Origin: Macrostomum lignano
Taxonomy: Eukaryota
Direction of reading: 5' to 3'
Assembly (NCBI GenBank): GCA_002269645.1
Contig: NIVC01004910.1
Coordinates: forward strand, 1 to 31,783
Length of the DNA: 31,783 nucleotides
Shown here: positions 20,263 through 30,865 of the stretch, in pieces
How the letters are laid out: the number at the start of each line of letters is the position of its first letter
How positions within the stretch are numbered: position 1 is the first letter of the stretch
Program-made: the position numbers and the translations under genes
The notes under the pieces: model-generated
Told to the model about the DNA's origin: nothing
Database searches by the model: none
Seen by the model: the letters and a program-made list of their open reading frames with translations, nothing else

Positions 20263-22089
20263 AACTACGCACAGCTTCGTGTTAAAAGGCACAGATAAAA
20301 ATATTGAACTAATTGAATCAATTCATTGCGCAACCGATTTCACAGTCAGTATCAGTCTCAGTTAAATTTAACCAAAAGATTGCGCAATTTAAATCAACCC
20401 TCCAGTACACAGAGACCGACCCCTTTTCAATACGCTGTGGCAGTTAGAAATTGAACCCCCATCTGTTGGGGCATTGAACCAAAAAATGAGTACAATCTTT
20501 GCATAAAGCTAAAAGTATGGAAATAGTTTTTTTGATGCTGCTCTTTTAGTCTTTATATTGAAAGCTAACAATTTATATCCTCGAACTCAGCGTTGCAAGA
20601 TCTTTTCAGCAGTATAAGTCTCTTCTCTTAAAGTTAGAACTCGAAGAGCAGTTAGCGTTTGAAAGTTTCCGTTTTAAAGCATTAAAATATCGAGTGTACG
20701 TTCACTGCCTGCCAAAGAGGCTCGCAAGTTGATTCATTCACTACACAGGCCGGCTATTACACAGGGCAGCGCATTGAAAGGCACAGATAATAAAACAAAT
20801 TGATGGCGCAACCGATTTCACAGTCAGTCAGTATCAGTCTCAGTTAAAGTTAACAAAAACATTGCGCAATCTAAATCAACCCTCCAATACACAGCAGCAG
20901 TGAGAAGTTGAACCCTCCCCCCAACTTTATCTATTACGTCTCGCAAAACTGAGCACAATTTTTGCAGAAAGTTAAAAGCATGGAAATAGTTTTTTCAATG
21001 CTGTGCTTTTTCTTTTTATATTTAAAGCAAACAACTTATATCCCGAACTCAGCGTTGCAAGATCTTTCCAGCAATATAAGTTTCTCCTCTGAAAGTTTAA
21101 AACTCGAGGAACAGTTAGCGTTTGAATTTACCATTTCCCGACTTCTTGCTAGAGAAGCTCGCAAGTTTATTCATTGAATTTCACTGCCAAACTAATACAC
21201 AGGGCCGATAATAAAAAATGAACCAATTGAATCAATTGATTGTGCAATATATTTCTGTGTTAGTCAGTATCAGTCTCAGTTAAAGTTAACAAACAGATTG
21301 CGCAATCTAAATCAACCCTCAAATACACACCGACCGACCTCCTAACTGTTGGGGGGTCGGTCGAACGCCATTGAAATCCTAAAATGAGTACAATCTTTGC
21401 AGAAAGTTTAAAGTATGGAAATAGTTTTTGCAATGCAGAGCTTTTAGTTTTCATATTTAAAGCAAACAATTTATATCCCTGAAATCAGCTTTGCAAGTTC
21501 TTTCCAGCAATATAAATTTTTTCTCTCAAAGTTAAAAACTCGAGCAACAGTTTGCGTTTGAAACTTTCTGATTTAAAGCATTGAAATATCGATTGTACGT
21601 TCACTGCCTGCTAAAGAGGCCCGCAAGTTTATGCATTGAATTTCAAGTTCAACAAAATCACAGGGCTGCCTATTGAAAATTAGAACACAAATCTTTGCGC
21701 AATTGTCTATACAGTCAGCCAGTGAGCCAGGGTCCGATTGTACACAGGCAGCCATTTAGAACGCCCCATCCCCCACTGGAGAGAAAATACACTGCAGAGA
21801 TAGGGAAAAGTTGTGGCGCAATCACTTGAAATTCATGCAAATTTTCAGCTCCAAGCAGAAAGAGGGGACAATTAAGATTATCAAAGGTCAAGACCGCCGT
21901 TTTCTGCTTTTTGAGGATCTTAGAAATTAAAATTTCAGAATTAAAATAGCCTATAGCCGACCTCGGATAATTTCCAATCTTCCCATATAAGTTTCAACGC
22001 TGAGTTGCCACTATTCAAGGAGGAGTTGTCGAAATGACAGACAGACACACAGACAGACAGACAAACAACGCGTCAACTTTAGTATATAC
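20259..22089 (-). mobile_element. Helitron-like element H10 (three internal monomers)
   Basis: Monomer anchors at ~20329, 20807 and 21243; same termini. Confidence 0.6.
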
Positions 22090-22255
22090 GAGTGGAACTC
22101 CTCCTTCGGAGGAGAAAGGGGAAGAACTCCCATCACCGGAATTCTATTCCCTGAAATATCCATCAACTGAAATTCCATGTCTTTAACCCTATCTTCCAAA
22201 TCGTCTCCAAATTCTTTACAAAATCTTTCAAAGACCATAGCTCAAAGACTCTTAC

Positions 22256-23367
22256 GTCTCTCATATCTACTCTCTCCTCTCTTCGCTATTATCGTGACTC
22301 GCTTCTCTCTCCTCTCTCTCATCTCATCTCTACCCCTACTCTCTTATTTATCTCTACTCCCTTATTTATCTCTTCTCCCTCGTCTTTCGTCTGTACCCTA
22401 TCCTGTCTACTCTCCTATCTTCTATCTTATCTCTCCCCTTTTCTCTCCTCTCTCATATCTAATCTCTAATCACTTATCTATCGTCTCCGCTCTACTTTCT
22501 CTCTTCTTTTTTCTCTCTTCTCTCTGCTCTCATTTCTCGTATCTCTTATACGCTCTCACCCTCTCCTTTCTTATCTCCCATCTTTCTTCCCTCCTTTCTA
22601 CTGCATCACCTGTCTCCTCTCTTCTCTTTTCTCTCCTCTCCATTCTCTCTTCTCTACTCTCATCTCCCCTCATCTCTTCTCTAATCTCTAATCTCTTCTC
22701 TCTCTTATTTTCTCACTCATCTCTTTTCTCATTGCATCTCTCATCTCTCCTCTCTCTCTCTCTCCTCTCATCTGTACTATCTTTTTTATCTCTTCTCCCA
22801 GGTCTTTCAAATTTACTCTCTCCTGTCTCCTCTCTCCCCTCGTCTTTCCTCTCTCATATCTCTTCTCTACTCACTTATATATTCTCTCTCCTCTGCTCCC
22901 CTTTTACACTTTCCTATATGCTCTCACTCTCACCCTCCCCTTTCTTATCTGCTGTTTTTACACTCCTTTCTACCACCTGTCTCCTCTCGTTTCTCTCCTC
23001 TCTGCACTCTCATCTTTACCCTCTTCTTTCTCCTCACTACTTTCTTCTCTTAAATCTCTGATCTCTGATCTTTCATCTCTCTCCTCTCACCTCTCACCTC
23101 TCTCCTCTCTTTCCTCTCTTCTATTGCCTCTGTACGCTCTTGTCCCTCCTTTCTTCTCCATCCTGTCTCCTCTCTGCAATCTCATATCTCCTCTCTCATA
23201 TCCTCTCCCTTCATCTCCTCTCTCCTCTTCTCTTCTCTCTCCTTCGTTCCCGCCTTACTTTCCTCTTCTCTCCCATCTGTCATGTCTAATCTCTCCACTC
23301 ATTTCTACTCTGTTTTCTATCATCTCATCTCTCTTCTCTTTTCATTCTTCTCTTTACTCTCTTCTCT
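22256..23367 (+). repeat. Complex CT-rich tract (longest)
   Basis: Third-lineage landmarks. Confidence 0.95.
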
Positions 23368-23906
23368 GACTGATTGAAGATGCCAAATCCATCAAGATCC
23401 TCTCCGCGAAGCAGAAATCCTGTCCGTGCAACTGAAAACCATCGAAATCCTCTCCGTGAAACTGGACTCCTTCGAAATCCTCTCCTTGAAACTTAAATCC
23501 ATCAAAATCGTCTCCATAAAACAGAAATCAATCATAAATTATCTCCGCGAAACAGAAATCCTCTCCGTGAAGCTGAACATCATCGAAATCCTCTCCGTGA
23601 AACTGAACACCTTCGAAATCCTCTCCGTGAAACTGAACACCTTCGAAATCCTCTCCTTGAAACTTAAATCTATCAAAATCGTCTCCATAAAGCAGAAATC
23701 AATCATAAATTTAACTCCGCGAAACAGAAATCCTCTCCGTGAAGCTGAACATCATCAAAATCCTCTCCGTGAAACTGAGCACCATCGAAATCCTCTCCAC
23801 GAAACAGAAATCCTCTTTGTCAAAATTAAAACATTGAAATCGTCTCCGCTAAACTGGACTCAATCAATTTTTTCCGTCAAACAACTCAACTCTCCGGATT
23901 CATTGG
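23368..23906 (+). repeat. Degenerate 30/20-bp minisatellite, expanded
   Basis: Longest copy, with an internally duplicated block (AAACTTAAATC-ATCAAAATCGTCTCCATAAA twice). Confidence 0.9.
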
Positions 23907-23928
23907 TTAGGGTTAGGGTTAGGGTTAG
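23907..23928 (+). repeat. Telomeric repeat (TTAGGG)3TTAG
   Basis: Read directly. Confidence 0.95.
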
Positions 23929-24865
23929 AACTACGCACAGCTTCGTGTTAAAAGGCACTGATAAACTATTGAACTAATTGAATCAATTCATTGCGCAACC
24001 GATTTCACAGTCAGTCAGTATCAGTCTCAGTTAAAGTTAACAAAAACATTGCGCAATCTAAATCAACCCTCCAATACAAAGCAACTGACCCCCTTCCTAT
24101 ACACAGCGCCAGTTGGAAGTCGAAACCCCCAACTTTATCTCTCACCTCTCGCCAAAATGAGTACAATCTTTGCAGAAAGTTTAAAGTATGGAAATAGTTT
24201 TTGCAATGCAGAGCTTTTAGTTTTCATATTTGAAGCAAACAATTTATATCCCTGAAATCAGCTTTGCAAGTTCTTTCCAGCAATATAAATTTTTTCTCTC
24301 AAAGTTAAAAACTCGAGCAACAGTTTGCGTTTGAAACTTTCTGATTTAAAGCATTGAAATATCGATTGTACGTTCACTGCCTGCTAAAGAGGCCCGCAAG
24401 TTTATGCATTGAATTTCAACGTTCAACAAAATCACAGGGCTGCCTATTGAAAATTAGAACACAAATCTTTGCGCAATTGTCTATACAGTCAGCCAGTGAG
24501 CCAGGGTCCGATTGTACACAGGCAGCCATTTAGAACGCCCCATCCCCCCACTGGAGAGAAAATACACTGCAGAGATAGGGAAAAGTTGTGGCGCAATCAC
24601 TTGAAATTCATGCAAATTTTCAGCTCCAAGCAGAAAGAGGGGACAATTAAGATTATCAAAGGTCAAGACCGCCGTTTTCTGCTTTTTTGAGGATTTTAGA
24701 AATTAAAATTTCAGAATTAAAATAGCCTATAGCCGACCTCGGATAATTTCCAATCTTCCCATATAAGTTTCAACGCTGAGTTGCCACTATTCAAGGAGGA
24801 GTTGTCGAAATGACAGACAGACACACAGACAGACAGACAAACAACGCGTCAACTTTAGTATATAC
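23925..24865 (-). mobile_element. Helitron-like element H11
   Basis: Same termini. 5'-proximal half is near-identical to H13 (identical ORF translations at 24469-24690 and 29181-29402). Confidence 0.6.
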
Positions 24866-25025
24866 GAGTGGAACTCCTCCTTCGGAGGAGAAAGGGGAAG
24901 AACTCCCATCACCGGAATTCCATTCCCTGAATATCCATCAACTGAAATTCCATGTCTTGAACCCTATCTTCCAAATCGTCTCCAAATTCTTTACAAACCT
25001 TTCAAAGACCATAGCTCAAAGACTC

Positions 25026-26033
25026 TTACGTCTCTCATATCTACTCTCTCCTCTCTTCGCTATTATCGTGACTCGCTTCTCTCTCCTCTCTCTCATCTCA
25101 TCTCTACCCTACTCCTTATTTATCTCTCTCCCTCGTCTTTCGTTGTACCCTCTCCTGTCTCTTGTCTCCTCTCTTCTCTCATATCTCTCCTCTTCACTTC
25201 TGTCTCCTGTCTCCTCTCTTATCTCTTCCTCTTCTCTCCTCTCTCATATGTCATCTCTCCTTACTTATCTATCGTCTCTCTTAACCCTCTCTCTCTCTTC
25301 TCTTTTCTCTCCTATCTGCTTCATTTCTCATATCTCATATACGCTCTCACACTCTACTTTCTTGTCTCCATCTTTCTTTCCTCCTTACCACTATCCCTGT
25401 CTCTTCTCTTCTCTCTTTTCTATCCTCTCCATTCTCTCTTCTCTCCTCTCCTTTCTCTTTTCATCTTCTCCCCTCTCTTCTCTAATCTCTAATCTCTTCT
25501 CTCTTATGTTCTCACTCATCTCTTTTCTCATCGCATCTCTCATCTCTCCTCTCCTCACTACTTTCCTTCTCTTAACTCTCTTATCTCTGATCTTTCATCT
25601 CTCTCCTCTCTCCTCTCTTTCTTCTCCTTTCGCTTCTCTCTCCTCTCTCTCCTCTCATCTCTACTACCTTATTTATATCTTCTCCCTGGTCTTTCTTCTG
25701 TACTCTCTCCTGTCTCCTTTCTCCCCTCTTTTCTCCTCTCTTCTCTCTCCCCTCCTCTCTCATTTCTCATCCCCCATCTCACTTTTTCGTTCTCCTCTAC
25801 TCTCCCCTCTCTTCTATTTCCTCTGTATGCTCTTATCCCTCATCTATTCTCTCTCCTATAATCTCTCTTTTCTCCCTTGCTATCTCATATCGCCCTCTCA
25901 TATCCTCTCTCCTTCGTCCCGCCTTACTCCCCTCTTCTCTCCATCTGTCATGTCTAATCTCTCCACTCATTTCTACTCTGTTTCTATCATCTCATCTCTT
26001 TCTTTTTTCATTCTTCTCTTTACTCTCTTCTCT
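25026..26033 (+). repeat. Complex CT-rich tract
   Basis: Shared landmarks. Confidence 0.95.
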
Positions 26034-26174
26034 GACTGATTGAAGATGCCAAATCCATCAAGATCCTCTCCGCGAAGCAGCAATCTTGTCTGTGCAACTG
26101 AAAACCATCGAAATCTGTGAAACTCAATCGAAATTTTCTCCGTCAAAAAAGAATAAAATATCAGGATTCATTGG

Positions 26175-26208
26175 TTAGGGTTATTGTTAGGGTTAGGGTC
26201 AGGGTTAG
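26175..26208 (+). repeat. Telomeric repeat with TTATTG and TCAGGG variants
   Basis: Read directly. Confidence 0.93.
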
Positions 26209-27120
26209 AGCTACACACAGCTGCGTGTCCAAATAAAAAATTGAACCAATTGAATCAATTGATTACGCAACCGATTTCTCAGTCAGTCAGTATCAGTCTC
26301 AGTTAAAGTTAAAAAAGATTGCGCAATCTAAATCAACCCTCCAATCCACAGCAGTAGTGAGAAGTTGAACCCTCCCCCAACTTTATCTATTACGTCTTGC
26401 AAAACTGAGTACAATATTTGCAAAAAGTTAAAAGTATGGAAATAGTTTTTCAAATGCTGTGCTTTTTCTTTTCATATTTAAAGCAAACAATTTATATCCC
26501 CGAACTCAGCGTTGCAAGATCTTTCCAGAAATATAAGTCTCTTCTCTCAAAGTTTAAAACTCGAGGAACAGTTAGCGTTTGAAACTGTCTGATTTATAGC
26601 ATTGAAGTTTGGAGTGTACGTTCACTGCCTGCTTGCAAGTTGATGCATTGAATTTCAATGTCCAACAAATACACAGGGCTGCCCATTGAGAGGCAGGAAA
26701 ACTTATCAGTAGCCATATCATTGCGCAATTATCTATACAGTCAGCCAGTAAGCCAGGGTCCAAGTGTACACACGCAGCCACTGAGAACGCTCCCACCCCC
26801 CACTGGAAAGAAAATACACTACAGAGATAGGGAAAGTTGTGGCGCAATCACTAAAAATTCGTGCATTTTTTCAGCTCCAAGCAGAAAGAGGGGACAATTA
26901 AGATTATCAAAGGTCAAGACCGCCGTTTTCTGCTTTTTTGAGGATCTTAGAAATTAAAATTTCAGAATTAAAATAGCCTATAGCCGACCTCGGATAATTT
27001 CCAATCTTCCCATATAAGTTTCAACGCTGAGTTGGCACTATTCAAGAGGAGTTGTCGAAATGACAGACAGACAGACAAACAATGCGTCAACTTTAGTATA
27101 TGTAGATAGATAGATAGAGA
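26205..27120 (-). mobile_element. Helitron-like element H12
   Basis: Minus-strand 5' TCTCTATCTATCTATCTACATATACTAAAG; 3' palindrome then CTAA. Confidence 0.6.
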
Positions 27121-27285
27121 GTGGAACTCCTCCTTCGGAGGAGAAAGGGGAAGAACTCCCATCACCGGAATTCCATTTCCTGAAATATCCATCAACTGAA
27201 ATTCCATGTCTTTAACCCTATCTTCCAAATCGTCTCCAAATTCTTTACAAAATCTTTCAAAGACCATAGCTCAAAGACTCTCAAG

Positions 27286-28242
27286 TCTCTCATATCTCCT
27301 CTCTCCTCTCTCTCATCTCATCTCTACCCTGCTCCCTTATTTATCTCTTCTCCCTCGTCTTTCGTCTGTACCCTCTCCTGTCTCTTGTCCCGTCTCTTCT
27401 CTCATATCTCTCCCTCTTCTCTCCTCTCTCATATGTCATCTCTACTCACTTATCTATCGTCTCTCTTAACCCTCTCTGTCTCTTCTCTTTTCTCTTCTCT
27501 CAGCTCTCATTTATCATATCTCATATACGCTCTCACACTCTACTTTCTTGTCTCCCATCTTTCTTTCCTTCTTTCCACTATCCCTGTCTCTTCTCTTCTC
27601 TCTTTTATATCCTCTCCATTCTCTCTTTTCTCCTCTCTTGCTCCTTTGATCTTCTCCCCTCTCTTCTCTAATCTCTAATCTCTTCTCTCTTATGTTCTCA
27701 CGCATCTCTTCTCATCGCATCTCTTATCTCTCCTCTCCTCACTACTTTCCTCTCTTAACTCTCTCATCTCTGATCTTTCATCTCTCTCCTCTCTCCTCAC
27801 TCTCTTCTCCTTTCGCTTCTCTCTCCTCTCTCTCCTCTCATCTCTACTACCTTATTTATATCTTCTCCCTGGTCTTTCGTCTGCTCTCTCTCCTGTCTCC
27901 TTTCTCCCCTCTTTTCTCTTCTCTTCTCTCTCCTTTCCTCTCTCATCTCTCATCCCTCATCTCACTCTTTCTTTCTCCTCTACTCTCCCCTCTCTTCTAT
28001 TTCCTCTGTACGCTCTTATCCCTCATCTATTCTCTCTCCTATTATCTCTCTTGTCTCCCTTTGCTATCTCATATCTCCCCTCTCATCTCCTCTCTCCTCT
28101 TCTCTTCTCTCTCCCTCTTCGTTCCCGCCTTACTCCCCTCTTCTCTCCCATCTGTCATGTCTAATCTCTCCATTCATTTCTACTCTGTTTTCTATCATGT
28201 CATCGCTCTTCTCTTTTCATTCTTCTCTTTACTCTCTTCTCT
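27286..28242 (+). repeat. Complex CT-rich tract
   Basis: Shared landmarks. Confidence 0.95.
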
Positions 28243-28643
28243 GACTGATTGAAGATGCCAAATCCATCAAGATCCTCTCTGCGAAGCAGAAATCTTGTCT
28301 GTGCAACTGAAAACCATCGAAATCCTCTCCGTAAAACTGGACTCCTTCGAAATCCTCTCATTAAAACTTAAATCCATCAAAATGGTCTTCATAAAACAGA
28401 AATCAATTATAAATTATCTCCGCGAAACAGAAATCCTCTCCGTGAAGCTGAACATCATCGAAATCCTCTCTTCGTGAAACTGAACATCATCGAAATCCTC
28501 TCTTCGTGAAACTGAACATCATCGAAATCCTCTCCACGAAACAGAAATCCTCTCTGTCAAAATTAAAACATTGAAATCGTCTCCGCTAAACTGGACTCAA
28601 TCGAATTTTTTTCCGTCAAACAACTCAACTCCGGATTCATTGG
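28243..28643 (+). repeat. Degenerate 30/20-bp minisatellite
   Basis: Contains tandem ~32-bp units TTCGTGAAACTGAACATCATCGAAATCCTCTC. Confidence 0.9.
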
Positions 28644-28664
28644 TTAGGGTTAGGGTTAGGGTTA
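28644..28664 (+). repeat. Telomeric repeat (TTAGGG)3TTA
   Basis: Read directly. Confidence 0.95.
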
Positions 28665-29522
28665 AACTACGCACAGCTTCGTGTTAAAAGGCGCTGATAA
28701 AAATATTGAACTAATTGAATCAATTCATTGCGCAACCGATTTCACAGTCAGTCAGTATCAGTCTAAGTTAAAGTTAACAAAAACATTGCGCAATCTAAAT
28801 CAACCCTCCAATACACAGCAGCAGTGAGAAGTTGAACTCTCCCCCCAACTTTATCTATTACGTCTCGCAAAACTGAGTACAATTTTTGCAGAAAGTTAAA
28901 AGTATGGAAATAGTTTTTTCAATGCTGTGCTTTTTCTTTTCATATTTAAAGCAAACAATTTATATCCCTGAAATCAGCTTGCAAGTTCTTTCCAGCAATA
29001 TAATTTTTCTCTCAAAGTTAAAAACTCGAGCAACAGTTTGCGTTTGAAACTTTCTGATTTAAAGCATTGAAATATCAATTGTACGTTCACTGCCTGCTAA
29101 AGAGGCCCGCAAGTTTATGCATTGAATTTCAAGGTTCAACAAAATCACAGGCTGCCTATTGAAAATTAGAACACAAATCTTTGCGCAATTGTCTATACAG
29201 TCAGCCAGTGAGCCAGGGTCCGATTGTACACAGGCAGCCATTTAGAACGCCCCATCCCCCCACTGGAGAGAAAATACACTGCAGAGATAGGGAAAAGTTG
29301 TGGCGCAATCACTTGAAATTCATGCAAATTTTCAGCTCCAAGCAGAAAGAGGGGACAATTAAGATTATCAAAGGTCAAGACCGCCGTTTTCTGCTTTTTT
29401 GAGGATCTTAGAAATTAAAATTTCAGAATTAAAATAGCCTATAGCCGACCTCGGATAATTTCCAATCTTCCCATATAAGTTTCAACGCTGAGTTGCACTA
29501 TTCAAGGAGGAGTTGTCGAAAT

Positions 29523-29554
<32 letters not shown>

Positions 29555-29576
29555 ACGCGTCAACTTTAGTATATAC
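28662..29576 (-). mobile_element. Helitron-like element H13
   Basis: Same structure; one base lost at the telomeric junction (GTTAAACTAC). Confidence 0.6.
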
Positions 29577-29740
29577 GAGTGGAACTCCTCCTTCGGAGGA
29601 GAAAGGGAAGAACTCCCATCACCGGAATTCTATTCCCTGAAATATCCATCAACTGAAATTCCATGTCTTTAACCCTATCTTCCAAATCGTCTCCAAATTC
29701 TTTACAAAATCTTTCAAAGACCATAGCTCAAAGACTCTCA

Positions 29741-30448
29741 AGTCTCTCATATCTCCTCTCTCCTCTCTCTCATCTCATCTCTACCCCTGCTCCCTTATTT
29801 ATCTCTTCTCCCTCGTCTTTCGTCTGTACCTTCTCCTGTCTTCTGTCTCCTCTCTTCACTCTTATCTCTCCCTCTTCTCTCCTCTCTCATATGTCATCTC
29901 TACTCACTTATCTATCGTCTCTCTTAACCCTCTCTCTCTCTTCTCTTTTCTCTTCTCTCTGCTCTCATTTCTCATATTTCATATACGCTCTGACACTACT
30001 TTCTTGTCTCCCATCTTTCTTCCTCCTTTTCACTATCCCCTGTCTCTTCTCTTCTCTCTTTTCTATTCTCTCCATTCTCTCTTTTCTCCTTTCCTTGCTC
30101 CTTTCATCTCTCTCCTCTCTCCTCACTCTCTTCTCCTTTCGCTTCTCTCTCCTCTCTCTCCTCTCATCTTTACTACCTTATTTATATCTTCTCCCTAGTC
30201 TTTCGTCTGTACTCTCTCCTGTCTCCTCTCTCCTCCTCTCTCATCTCATCTCCTCATCTCCTCATCTCACTCTTTCTTTCTCCTCTACTCTCCCCTCTCT
30301 TCTATTGCCTCTGTACGCTCTTATCCCTCATCTATTCTCTCTCCTATCATCTCCAATCGTCATGTCTAATCTCTCCACTCAATTTACTCTGTTTTCTATC
30401 ATCTCTCTCTCTCTCTCTCTTTTCAGTCTTCTCTTTACTCTCTTCTCT
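29741..30448 (+). repeat. Complex CT-rich tract (short lineage)
   Basis: Near-identical to 12061-12762. Confidence 0.95.
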
Positions 30449-30840
30449 GACTGATTGAAGATGCCAAATCCATCAAATCCTCTCCGCGAAGCAAAAATCC
30501 TGTCTGTGCAACTAAAAACCATCGAAATCCTCTCAGTGAAACTGGACTCCTTCGAAATCCTCTCCTTGAAACCTTAATCCATCAAAATTGTTTCCATAAA
30601 ACAGAAATCAATCATAAATTATCTCCGCGAAACAGAAAGCCTCTCCGTGAAGCTGAACATGATCGAAATCCTCTCCGTGAAACTGAACACCATGGAAATC
30701 CTTTCGTGAAACTGAACATCATCGAAATCCTCTCCACGAAACAGAAATCTTCTCCGTCAGAATTTAAACATTGAAATCGTCTCCGCTAAACTTGACTTAA
30801 TCGAATTTTTTCCGTCAAACAACTCAACTCGCCAGATTCA
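30449..30840 (+). repeat. Degenerate 30/20-bp minisatellite
   Basis: Near-identical to 12763-13155. Confidence 0.9.
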
Positions 30841-30865
30841 TTAGGGTTAGGGTTAGGGTTGTTAG
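30841..30865 (+). repeat. Telomeric repeat (TTAGGG)3 TTG TTAG
   Basis: Read directly. Confidence 0.93.

Noticed and set aside
23426-23977. 183-aa ORF with 10-aa repeats resembling an LRR or solenoid protein
   Set aside because: It does not fit an LxxLxLxxN spacing, switches peptide at 20-bp units, and is broken in sister copies.
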